DNA of 62,471 nucleotides, counting the filler, from Polymyxa betae A26-41 (Eukaryota > Protista > Endomyxa: Phytomyxea): the NCBI GenBank assembly GCA_003693705.1. It is 6 parts of 6 records of this genome, joined end to end, with 100 filler letters (N's around TTAATTAATTAA, not from the genome) between each part and the next. Parts side by side here need not be neighbours in the genome. Positions count along the whole stretch, not along the records: positions 47,927 to 59,475 come from RBZT01000290.1; positions 59,576 to 62,471 come from RBZT01000268.1; 4 more parts are not named here. One strand, 5' to 3'. A program made the translations under genes and the position numbers. Below the pieces are notes generated by a model. The model made no database searches. It was not told the DNA's origin and worked only from the letters and a program-made list of their open reading frames with translations. Position 1 is the first letter of the stretch; each line of letters starts with the position of its first letter. Of this stretch, positions 50,831 through 62,471 are shown one piece after another.

Positions 50831-53457
50831 TCGTCGCGGACATCTTAACTGTCATAAACTGACCGGATTGTTGCAAACTGAATCCAAAAGTGCGTACGCA
50901 GAAAACGTTATTGCGTGACTTCGCAATAAAAATTGCGGACGCAAAATCTCAGTTTTCTATTTAGAGCTCCTCTCTGTTCCACCACGACGGGATCGTTCGG
51001 TGACTTTTAAACTTGCGAACAGCACGCTCCACATCTTTAACTGATAAAAATTCTCCGTTTTTCTCCCGATATGCATCCATATATCTACAGTTATGCAAAG
51101 TTAAGCAAACAAAACCATAACGCCAAATAGTACCAACCTAAAGCATTTTCGAGTGAATCGGCGAATCTGGATAATGGAAACAGAAGATAAAGCCAAGGGT
51201 AATATATTGACCAAACAGTTAAAAGAATAATTGCAATGCAAACGAGTGTAATGTTTAACAGCTCCCCAAAACATTTCAATAAAATTAAATTCGCAATGAA
51301 ATTTTGGAAAGAAATCAATAGCGAAACCACTATAAGCCGTCACAGTTTCGGTCAGCCATTCCTTTTGCGCGAGGAAATCAGGCTGGCTCTTGAGAAGATT
51401 CAAAGCTTCTTGCCGCTTCATTCCTTCTCTCCAGAGATTTCTCTTTTTTAAATTGTCCGTAAACCCTTCTGCTCACCCTTCGCATTGCTGTTCGAGTGGA
51501 CGATCCGCTGACCAGTTTCGCTGATAAACCAACCATCTCTCATTACTACCTTTATGTTTGCCCCTCCATCCTTTAGATTGAACCTTGAAGCCACCAGCGC
51601 GTCAGGAGCGAAAGCATGATGATTCGCTGAATTATCAAACATAAATAAAGCATCACAATCTGGATGAAGGATCTGAAATATTGGCAAAGCTTTCTGTTCT
51701 GTCTGTTTCACAAGATCAGCATTCGTCCAGTATCCCTCCGCATTGCTCCCAGGTTTGATAATACAGGTTGAATCCCATAATTGCTCAGGATATTGGCTTC
51801 TCTGTTCATGAGACAAACGAAGTAGCCCATGGCACTCGAACAAAAATGCAGAGACCATAAGAGACTTACCAGCACCTTTAGGGCGGATTTGTCTGTGATC
51901 CTCCTCAAACCATCCCGTTTTGCCTCCGTCATTGCTCTGAAAACAAGACTCGTCATGGACAACCATAATGAGTGGCTTGGTATTTGCTGGCATTTCATGC
52001 AGTGTTCGAATCTCCATGTTTTCCCCTTCGTAAATGGACATTCTTTGCAGGTTGATCTCCATTGCTTTTAGAAACTGCTTGCGATACTCAACCACATCTT
52101 CACGCTCATGACCGTCGAAATACATTCCTTTGGATGATAGATCTCCGACTTTGTAATTTAAAATGTGAAGCCATCGTGTTGCTGTTCTTTCGCTGATCTC
52201 AATGGCAACCGGAAGCCCAATGATTGTGTGTAGATGGCTGTTTACCCATTCAGAAAAACTCTTACCTGATATTGCATTTGATTTGATCTCTGCGAGCGAA
52301 GCCACTGACGGCAAACATTCTGAGTGTTTTCGTCAACGATGATCGATTTCGTCTTGATATAACAGCCCTGATTGATTTCAGGGAGACGGTTTTCTTTCAA
52401 GAAGAATTCAGCCCAGATACGGATGCTTCGTCCTCTGCGTTCCTTGTTCATTCCGGGGAAAATGGAATGTGCAATATCTTCCGAACTTTTAACACGAGGC
52501 CTTTTACTCTGCAGCGCTTTGATAAATCTATAAATGCAAATCAGTCTCAAAAAATCGTTCTTTGATGTGGTTCTTAGTGATTTTTCAAAGCCCCTATTGC
52601 CAGAATCGATGTGAAACGTCTGCTCAAGTATCCGCAATGAATTCGAGATTGCATCATCAGGAGCTGGATCAGGAATTGCAGACTGAGCAGGACCCTCAGG
52701 CTCAGCTGTAAGTGGACATTGTTTGATATTCCATAAATCAAATAAAGTTTTGCTTCCGTGCATCTGTTTCGCCCGCTTATGAATCTCCGATTTACGCCTC
52801 CAGGTAGTCCATCGGCTAGTTCCAATATGGGGCCTTCTGTCAATTGACCGCGCTTCTGGAACCCATTTTAGCTTCAGCGACTCGATCTCCCCATCAGAAA
52901 GGCAAATAGGCTCAGTATCATCTTCGGCTGGCCAATATGGAAGTTCGTCGTTATCCGAATCTTCAGAATCTGGACGCTGGCTCTCTGCAATTTCAATAGC
53001 AGCGGCGGAGCCGCCCTCAGAGCGCAAAGAACCCTCTTAGCTCTTTCCGCATTCATTCGAGTCAGGTGAGCGAAAAGCTTTCGCTTTCGAGGCATGGCGA
53101 ACGATAGAAGTCTGCCGCACCGCGCCAGGATGATCAAAATCAAGTTAAAAAAGAAATGCGCACTCTCCGGACTTCTCTGACAGCGCACTATTTTCCCTAC
53201 ACTGACGCACTTTATTTTGCTAGTGAGAAACCTAGATATGCGCCTATTGGTGCATTCCGACGGTCCCCTTACAACTAAAAACCATTAAAACTGCGCGAGT
53301 ATTTGGAAATTTAAAAAACCGGGGCCGTTGTTTTGTTCCTTTCGACGAGATCTATTCGAAAACGGCCTTTGATATTGGCAGAAGGGTTGCCCGGGCAAGC
53401 CTTATTGAATCATGTTACTCCCTTAGTAATCTATGACAGTTAAGATGTCCGCGACGG
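50831..53457 (-). mobile_element. full-length IS630/Tc1/mariner-related element with 26-bp TIRs and TA TSD; transposase frameshifted
   Basis: TIR (T/C)CGTCGCGGACATCTTAACTGTCATA at both ends, flanked by TA. ORF from 53095: FDGHERED, VHDESCF, FDNSANH, PKFHCEFNFIE.FWG. Confidence 0.9.
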
Positions 53458-53567
53458 TAGACAAATGGGCATTTTCGTACAAAAAATCCTAAACAGAATG
53501 AATACTAAGCAGAGATTGCGGTGCCTGATAGCATTATGATAACTGTATTATGAGAACAATGACTTTG

Positions 53568-55466
53568 TTATCTTGATATGACAACAGGCACATTATTATG
53601 TTGATTGCCCTGATAACGAGCACTTGCGTTTAGATTATTTGCCTGACCGGGCATTCTTCGAAACGCACGATGAAAACAGCGGGCAGCAAAGCGGCCAATC
53701 AGAGCTAGAACCACCAAGGCAGCGAAGACGACCCCAATAATGATTAAACGATAAAATGCCAAACTGTTGAACCAGGAAGGAGAAGGAAACTGAACATTTC
53801 TTGGAGGGAATACAGCCGCTAACCCAATCCCTACAAAAGCGCTGCATTAAAATTCCAATCTATAATTGGAGGGAGAGTTTACAATGTCGCACTTGGCTGG
53901 GACCGTTATCTCTCGGTAGCACAGCCGGTCTCACAGCATCGGCTGGAGTAGTGGGATCTTCTAAACTGAAAACTGATAGGAAATTGAGCATGAACACGTC
54001 GCCGAGAATCCACATGCTATTGTCCATGAAAGGCGTGATTCCAATATGGCAAGCTAATAATAAGTTGTAAATATCCAGAATGGAATGTCAATCGAAAACC
54101 CATTCGGATGAAATAAGCCTAAAAAAAAGCTTACTCCATTTATCATCACCGCGATATGCATATTGCTCCGGTTTCAGATCGAATCGTTTCGAACCGATTG
54201 TCACTGACAGTACAGGTAGTGACAGAACCCGCCAACATTCTATCGCGCCAGAGGAGTCGACGTTTCCAGCAAGCCTGTAAATTTCAGCAACAACACCTGA
54301 ATAAATGTTAGGAATGTTATAATCCTAATATGCAACGTTGCTCAGAAATACAAAAGCTACTAGAAACTTTGGATAAGAAAAACAAAGGTGATAAATTTCA
54401 AAACCATTTAACATACTCTGAGGGCCAAGAATAAAACTTGTTCCGCTGTCAATTACCACGGCCGTGTTGGACGAGACAGTAACTCCATTGAATGCCACTG
54501 TTAACGATGGAAGCATCCAATATGGCAAAGCCCAAGCATTTTTCGTCTCAAAAGACTGGAACCAGGTCAACGATGTATTCGCAGAACCAGCAATATGGCT
54601 TTCATCAAAGCCCCCCATAGTCTATCCATCATGGATTCAGAATCCAACTTAAAAAAGAGTAAAGCCTCACCATGGAGCCTCCGTCAGCACTATCGGAGAG
54701 ATACATTGAGAACATTCGTCGTTCTCCTTGTCCGGAGGCGATTGCTTTATCCAGTGTTGATTGGACAAACGATGAGTTAGGTCCCATACCCACAAGGCCA
54801 TCAAAAGCGTGCTGCTCTGGAAAACCGCTCTGATATTCGACCAGACCTACAGAAGTTATGAGCATGCCAAATACTTCACAAAATATTACATTTTGACAAA
54901 GCAACAAAAATTCGAAAACGAGCAATATTTACAACGAAACAGTGAGAAAAACTTATAGCGGAAAAATAAGCATGATGGGAAAGCCAGAATAAATGTTGCA
55001 AAAAAACGCATATGATCAAACCGAGCAGAGATCGTTTTGCAGACTTACCGATATTGATAATGGAATTAGTCGATAATTCTCCAAAGGAGACATTGTCTTG
55101 GCCAAAAACGCCAGAAACAGAACTGGATAGATAGTTGACCTGAAACGGTTTTGAGGTCTGCTGAAAAGTAGTCGATGACGATGGCCGGAATCCAGACGAT
55201 GTACATCGCGCCACCGAACTACAATATGACGTGGTTGGGAACCAGGTCTCATAAGAGCCTGTGTCGAATAAAACTGGTATAGTCTGTCCTGGGGTACCAG
55301 CTGCCACATCGCCATAAAACTGGACGCCTTCGAAGTTTTTCAGCGTCGCCGTCGACGATGACGGCCCGGTATCCAGCGGCCGGAATCGTGCTCGCAACGG
55401 GATTTGAAGAAGGCCATGAGCAGCGGCGACCAGCAGGAGCAGAACGCTTGACAAGAGCGTCTGCAT
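53568..55466 (-). CDS. pepsin-family (A1) aspartic protease with signal peptide and C-terminal TM; copy 1 (5-bp duplication frameshift at ~54078)
   Basis: FYG....GTPGQ...VLFDTGS, FDGLVGMG, VIDSGTS, WILGDVFM, GIGLA, then the TM segment LIIIGVVFAALVVLALIG. Confidence 0.88.
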
Positions 55467-56260
55467 AATGGTGGGCGCGACACCATAGAGACGATAGCAG
55501 CGGGTAGCAGATAGAGAGGCAGAGCAATAAGAAGTAGTAACAGGGAGAAGAGGCCCCACTCAATACAGGCTGCATCAGATTTGGGAGGTCGCGCCTTCCT
55601 GCCTCTTCCACCGCTGAACTCAAAATGAAACACAAACTACGCAGGTGAGGGACCCTGAGAGAGAAGGATCCCAATTCTATCAATGCCTGCGGATGACGAC
55701 GTAAACCCCAATACAGGATTCGCACCTCTTGTACCGTACCGGTAACTTAATTTGGAATCGATAGTTCTTTACGCAACAAAAAGGTTGAGGAAAGGTGCGA
55801 TGTTACAGTTCGGCAAATCTCATTTCTTTGAAAGTGGCGACATCGCCTCTGCAGTAAATCGTCTTGATCTTTACAGCAATTTACGGAAGATGCATCAATT
55901 TGGCTCCTAGTTTCTAAGAATCATGGCTTGTTGTCGTGTATATGAGATAATCAAAGCATGACCCGATGGAAGTGATTCTATGAGAACACGATACTAACAG
56001 GAGAGAAGCAAAGTTATGTACTCTGATTCTACAAAGAAGCAGAAAACAAATTCCCAGATGTGTCATGGTCTCATGGAGGATGAATCCACCTCTGAAACTG
56101 ATAATGAGACAACAAACATATCTGGAAAATGATGACAATGAGGAGGGAATTTTATTGCATAAAGATGAGATGGAATGACCTTTTTGTTTGACCTTCAACC
56201 TTTGTATTCTGTACTACAACTGCGACATTGATTTTCGTGGTTTGTTGATGATGCATGGCT

Positions 56261-56919
56261 TTAAACAAGAAAAACGTCATAACTAGCCTCTTCTAGGACC
56301 ATGGAGGTAGAGGAAATCGATGGTGGATGTCGTGGAGTTCTATCGTCGTATAGTTCTTCAGTAGCTGAATGTCGATGGTTAATACGCTGAGCTCCATATT
56401 TCGTGCTCTTATTCTTGTTGACATGAACGATTCCCTCAAGATACTTCACATATAGAGTGAATCCACATTGCAACATCGCATCCTGAGTATAGACTCAATC
56501 AGCATTCACGAAGATCACGAACAAATGGAGCAACAATGTGAAATGTTTGACAAGTTGCTGTTCTACGAAAATGAAAATTTCAATTTGGTCAGTACTGATG
56601 GACAGAGTCTGAAACGTTGCAGGGCATGTTTTGTAACAGAAAACACAACGTTACTTACAAGAGAATCAGTACCGGTCATGGTCTTACGCTTCTCAGCGAT
56701 TAGACGTTCAGCTGCTTCACATGTTATGAACCCAATATAGTCAGATGTAAGCTCTTGGACCAGCTCTTTGGCTTCACGACTGATCTTGGCGCTGTCTGGT
56801 AGAGCGATCTTCATTAGGCGGGCGATATTGGCAACAGGGAGTAGGTGATTGGCGTCATGGACGATCTCAACCAGGCATGGTCGTGGACAAATCGGTGTCT
56901 GTCCTTGAGGATCCGCCAT
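56261..56919 (-). CDS. NFYB: NF-YB/HAP3-like histone-fold protein (multi-exon; 3' end uncertain)
   Basis: LLPVANIARLMKIALPDSAKISREAKELVQE..S.YIGFITCEA.....EKRKTM.G; a later exon reads DAMLQCGF..Y. Confidence 0.8.
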
Positions 56920-57309
56920 GGATTTCGATTCGAATATTCAGTGACGAGGTGCTTTGATGACGTCAAATAGGCAATGGCCGAAATCATCCACAGCCATATC
57001 TCAAGGTTCGGTCACAAGCCCGATTGTATCCGAAGCCGAAATGTAGTTTGAAATCCTTTTGGGGTTAATAAAGGGATTTACATCCAATACCAATATCAAT
57101 CTAAATAAATCGAATTCGATCTTCTTGATAGTTAGAAAAGGCAAATTGTGTAACAGATTACTATAAGTACCTTCAAATCATACTCAAGCAAACGGCGTTT
57201 CCTTCATGAAGATTCGAAAATAACGACCAGTATATTTAACAATGCAGAAGTTCAAAAACGTTTTCACCAAACACGTGGCTTTGCGAAGATGTCGAGGTTT
57301 TAAAGACAA

Positions 57310-58690
57310 TCATTTGAGGACAATCAAAGCTAGAACAGCCAAGGCAGCGAAGACGATCTCAACAATGATTAGACGATAAAATGCCAAACTGTTGAACCAG
57401 GAAGGAGAAGGGAACTGAGCACTTCTTGGAGGGGATACTGCCGCTAACCCAATCCCTACAAAAGCGCTGTCTCAAAATTCCAATATATAACTGGAGGGAA
57501 GAGTTTTACAATGTCGCACTTGGCGGGGACCGTTATCCTTCGGCAGCACAGCAGGTCTCACAGCATCGGCTGGAGTAGTGGGATCCTCAAAGCTGAAAAC
57601 TGATAGGAAATTGAGCATGAACACGTCGCCGAGAATCCACATGCTGTTGTCACCGAAAGGTGTGATTACAATATGGCAAGCTGATAATAGGTCGTAAATA
57701 TCCAGAATGTCAATGGATAACCCATTCGGATGGAATAAGCCTAAAAAAAGGCTTACTCCATTTATCATCACCGCGATATGCGTATTGCTCCGGTTTCAGA
57801 TCGAATCGTTTCGAACCGATTGTCAACGACAGTACAGGTAGTGACAGAACCCGCCAACATTCTATCGCGCCAGAGGAGTCGACATTTCCAGCAAGCCTGT
57901 AAATTTCAACAACCGCACCTGAATAAATCGTTAACGAATGTTATAATCCTAATATGTAGAGTTACTCAGAAATACAAAAGCTAGTAAAAACTTTACGGCG
58001 AAAGACAAAGATGGCAAATTTCTAAAGCCAATTTTGGCGTACTCTGAGGGCCAGTAATGAAGCTTGTTCCGCTGTCAAATACCACGGCCGTGTTGGACGA
58101 GACAGTATCTCCATTGAAAGCCACTGTTAACGATGGAAGCATCCAATATGGCAAAGCCCAAGCATTTTTCGTCTCAAAAGACTGAAACCAGGTCAACGAT
58201 GCATTCGCAGAATCAGCGATATGGCTTTCATCAAAGCCCCCCATAGTCTATCCATCATGAATTCAGAATCCAAAGTCAAAAAATTCCACAAAGTGTAAAG
58301 CCTCACAATGGAGCCTCCGTCAGCACTATCGGAGAGATACATTGAGAACATTCGTCGTTCTCCTTGTCCGGTGGCGATCGCTTTATCCAGCGTTGATTGG
58401 ACAAATGATGAGTTAGGTCCCATACCTACAAGGCCATCAAAAGCGCGCTGCTCTGGAAAACCGGTCTGAGTTTCGACCAGACCTACAGAGGTTATGAGCA
58501 TGCCGAATACTTCACAAAATATTACATTTTGACAAAGCAACAAAAATTCGAAAACGAGCAATGTTTACTACGAAACAGCGAGAAAAACTAGAGCACAAAT
58601 ATAATGCATGATGGGAAAGCCAGAATGACTGTTGCAAAAACGCATACTATTATCAAACCGAGCAGAGATTGTTGAGAGCTATAGCCCGAA
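57310..58690 (-). CDS. aspartic protease paralogue, copy 2 (5' part lost in the N gap)
   Basis: Closely similar in exons and introns to 53700-55040. FDSGTS, WILGDVFM, TM, then an early stop. Confidence 0.85.
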
Positions 58691-60183
58691 NNNNNNNNNN
58701 NNNNNNNNNNNNNNNNNNNNNNNNNNNNNNNNNNNNNNNNNNNNNNNNNNNNNNNNNNNNNNNNNNNNNNNNNNNNNNNNNNNNNNNNNNNNNNNNNNNN
58801 NNNNNNNNNNNNNNNNNNNNNNNNAAGTGAACTCTCCTAGCCTTCACGGTTATAAGAACTGCGGATGAGAAAACGGACACCGTCCTCGCCATCCACGGAC
58901 AACGGTATCTCAGTGGCGTCACAGGCAGGGGTGAGCCATGAGTCGGCCTCCATCTGAGTCGCCTTTTCAACACGTTTCTGTTGTCCAAGTATTGTTACAT
59001 TCCAATAATCCCCATTCTCTTCATACTAACAGTTTCATTCGGGCTGATTGTTATAAACAACAGGAAGCGTCTCAGAAGCCCAGCTTATCTGAAATTCTCT
59101 CTCTAAATCTCGAGCTCTCTTTAGGCTCAACTTTTGCTCACGTTCAGGAATCCCTGGGCCAAGTATTCCTTCCAACAGATAATCAACTTCTCACAAACAG
59201 CGTCCATCAGGCTGCTTGTGACCAGCAACAAATCGGCTGCAAAAGGAAACGCGACCCTCAAACCCCAACGCCGTATGAAAGCTTTGACGAGATGTTTGAT
59301 CATAATGTTCCCGATATCATTGACTATTCTAGTCTATGTCTCTTTCTAGTAATCAGCTCTATCAATCAGTGATCTGTTGGTCATGTTTTTGTATTAGATG
59401 AAGGAACCGAATGATGAAGAGAGACGAATTTTCGAAGAGCTGCCGATGGCTTCTATTTCGGAAGGTTTTTCTGTCNNNNNNNNNNNNNNNNNNNNNNNNN
59501 NNNNNNNNNNNNNNNNNNNTTAATTAATTAANNNNNNNNNNNNNNNNNNNNNNNNNNNNNNNNNNNNNNNNNNNNGGCTGGTATGACCTATGATCTTGTA
59601 GCGCAGACACTTTCGAGTCTCCGATATTTCCTGATCACCAGCCTTTCAAATGCATGCAACGGATTGAGATTTCACAAAAGTTTTCCCAAGCTGATAAGGG
59701 ATAACTGATGATTGAAAGCCAGAAAACATCAGAGCATGCTTTTGTGTCGCAATTGAGAGCACATGAAGGACTCGAATGGAATTCACGATTTTGTTCAAAA
59801 TCACAAATGAATTGCAGACTTGGGAGAGACCTGATTCAAGAGTTCAGCTATGGACATTACAAAAGAAGGAAAAAGTGAAATAGTAAGCGAATCTATTTTG
59901 AAACCAGCTTGATTAGCGATGGACAATAGAAACGCTGCTACAAAGCGTATGTCTATCGAAGCAACTTCTATACGCGTCATGATCAGATTGAGTCGAAACA
60001 AAATATGGGCTGGTATGACCTGCGATCATGAATCAAACTGTTTACTTTTGACGCAATGACTGGTAGCGGCTGGTTCAACATCGATGTTGACTTTACGCTC
60101 CAATAATGAAGGCACACCAAATACATTAGAATCGAGCAAAATCCAATGGACCGATCGTGCGCAGTATCCCGGAAAAAAACACT

Positions 60184-60480
60184 GAATTGTTGTCAGACGA
60201 GAAAGGGTTTGGAACTGGAATGAGTTCTAAAGCGTGCGTGTGTATCATGGCAAACAGACAACAATGCTTCCGGTGCAATTATCGTCTGTCAGCGCTATTG
60301 ACATCTTTAGACTACACAAACAGTGCGCTAACGGTAGAACTGTTAGACGGGAGAGGGTTTTGAACTGGAATGTGTTTGAAGAAGTGTTTTATTTGATAGC
60401 ATGCAAGCGGAAGGCAATGCTTCCGGTTGAATTAGCGTGAATCAACGCTATTGATATCTCGAGCTAGATCTAACAGCGCT
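60184..60480. repeat. degenerate ~150-bp tandem duplication
   Basis: Blocks AGACG.GA.AGGGTTT.GAACTGGAATG, CAATGCTTCCGGT and CGCTATTGA each occur twice in order. Confidence 0.7.
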
Positions 60481-60503
60481 CATAGGCTAACAAGAACGCA
60501 GTA

Positions 60504-60576
60504 GCCGACATAGCTCAGTTGGGAGAGCGTACGACTGAAGATCGTAAGGTCGCGTGTTCGATCCACGCTGGTGGCA
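60504..60576 (+). tRNA. tRNA-Phe(GAA)
   Basis: 73-nt cloverleaf: D-arm GCTCAGTTGGGAGAGC, anticodon loop CTGAAGA, T-loop GTTCGATCC. Followed by TTT-rich terminator. Confidence 0.92.
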
Positions 60577-60737
60577 ATTTATTTTGAATCCTTCAGGCGG
60601 CGCAGAGCTCTTTTACACTCTCTATGAAAACCTGCATTATTTTCCATTTTGTGCTCCATCTCACTACATGCCAATGGAATTTTAAAACACCAAAAATGAA
60701 TTATGTGGCAAAAGTGGTGGTCTCAGCAAAAGTTTAT

Positions 60738-60809
60738 AGGAGCCACTGGGATTTGAACCCAGGACCTGAGGATCTGCAATCCTCCGCTCTGCCGCTGAGC
60801 TATAACTCC
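60738..60809 (-). tRNA. tRNA-Cys(GCA)
   Basis: 72-nt cloverleaf GGAGTTA...TGGCTCCT, anticodon stem GAGGA/TCCTC with loop TTGCAGA, GGTTCAAATCC, U discriminator. Confidence 0.92.
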
Positions 60810-61506
60810 TTTTGCTTTTTAAATGTTCATTTTACCCCATCCCATCATAATCGAGAGTTTGTAACCTCTGATTGCTTCTGCAGCTTGAGTATATACTGTC
60901 ATTGTCCTCTTCAACATCGGATACCTGAGATTGTGAAAGGCTGAAGCCCTCGTCCCTGCAGAGATCTGGACCTGCTTATCCGTGCCCATGCCGAGTTCGT
61001 CCCAACAAACAATTCCTGTTGGTCACTTTCCGAGTCTGGCCTGATGAAGTGGAGTCGTGATCTTTGTATGAATCTCGGAATATTTGCGAAATGTTCATTA
61101 ATTGCCATCAAAAGATTTTTTTTTCATTGCAAAATCTGGCATTCTCCTGCCTGGGTTTTTCATTTTGAGATCACTGCTGCGGAACCCTTCGAATGAAAAC
61201 TTCTCAACCTGTAGACTGCATAATTTTGAGATTTTGTTTGTGCCGCAAACCGCGAGAGCCACATTTCTACAATGTTTCGAGCAGCCTATTCATCAAGTCA
61301 TTCGAATCTACCAAACAATTACGGCAAACTGCAAATGACCATATTGCTCCTTGGGCAGGTTCAAGCTCTCTTTATGGCTTCATGGCTTCTGATGAATTGC
61401 AATCCCTCATTAACCAATCTCAGAACAGCGTGATCCGTCGCAAAACAAACGATATGGACAATACTCACATTTTGTTCTCTTTCGGTGAATGCACGAAAAA
61501 GTACTG

Positions 61507-61546
61507 TTCCGATACGGGAACTCGAACCCCTGTCTCCAATGTGAAA
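61507..61546 (-). pseudogene. 3' half of a tRNA-Glu(TTC)-like sequence
   Basis: TTTTCAC...GGAGACAGGGGTTCGAGTTCCCGTATCGGAA. No recognisable 5' half. Confidence 0.5.
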
Positions 61547-62471
61547 AGGAAGTTTTATGACATTGTTTTCCCTCTTGGCGGAGTCGCTATGCAGCTGTTT
61601 GCACGAATAATAGCGCGTTCGTTTTGAAACAACTATTAATTCTATAATTGAAATGAACAAACAGGTCCTAGGGCATGGCTGATGCTTCGCCAAAACGGAG
61701 AGGCTTTTCCTGTGGTTGAGATGATTGTGCTGTATGACTGATGGAATAGCTGGAAATAGAATTGACTGCAATGTTCTATTCCAGGACATGAACATAGACG
61801 CTGGTCCGCTTCGTTTCTAGGTCGAACCGACAAAAGGAGGCCTTCTTCCGTGATTATAAAAATTTTAAAAATCAATTTTCTCGCCAGTAATTATTATTGT
61901 TGCTCACACTTGGCGTAGGTCTCCTCAAACCTGAAACAACATGTTGTGAGTTTGCTTTGTGAAACATGCTCAGCTCAACATTTGCAGTTCTATGATAGGT
62001 GCGCAGCCGACATCTGCAGCAGTCTGCAGCACTGATCTGTGAGCTTTATCTCTAGCAGACAGCACAGCTTTCGAATATCATTGCTAAGGTCATTTCACAA
62101 TGAAGCAAGATTGTGCCAGCCAAAACGCCACGTTCGTTATCATTGTGAATTTAGCCCATAGTGAGACACATATCCCGGTCTGTCCTACAGATGAGACGTG
62201 AGAAAATATTTTAACTTTTTCTGCATTGTTGTTACAATCCAAAGACATCAAATATTCTTTGTCAACTCAATTTAGGATTCTGCATTGTCGGGGTGTCTGA
62301 TTGGCCACGCTTGGTTAAACAGATTGGCCTACACGGTGATTCATAAATTCAGGAAAAGGTGTTTTCAGTATCTTTGACAGTCTGCACTCGCAGAGCCCAT
62401 TAGAATCGGATGTGTCACAATTATCCCGATGCCATCAAACTGGCATTCAGTGCTAGACGGAGTCGAGTTTG

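Overview
Eukaryotic, intron-containing DNA, stitched from at least six contigs. Five artificial 100-nt N/TTAATTAATTAA/N linkers (18343, 31055, 37456, 47827, 59476) and two plain N gaps break it, so adjacency across linkers is not biological. Compact genes and the TE repertoire suggest a protist, possibly a plasmodiophorid (inference only). Most of the window is nested, decayed transposons: four Ty1/copia pieces, Ty3/gypsy pieces, several solo LTRs, three PIF/Harbinger elements, a MULE, a hAT relic, LINE relics and a complete TIR/TA-bounded IS630-Tc1-mariner-like element. Host genes include a cullin-4-like gene, a PH-STE20 kinase with a C-terminal membrane anchor, a small Cys-rich protein, an NF-YB-like gene, two membrane-anchored pepsin-family proteases, a PA-7TM receptor-like pseudogene, a secreted-protein pseudogene, tRNA-Phe and tRNA-Cys. 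The most striking observations are: (1) a piggyBac-like DDD transposase with a YqaJ/lambda-exonuclease domain inserted between its catalytic aspartates; (2) a G_GAU_UUU slippery site plus H-type pseudoknot that places a -1 frameshift after the protease of a copia element; (3) a virus-like island of short intronless ORFs with a 21-bp-period array and a perfect hairpin; (4) a loop-less 62-bp palindrome at a scrambled copia junction.
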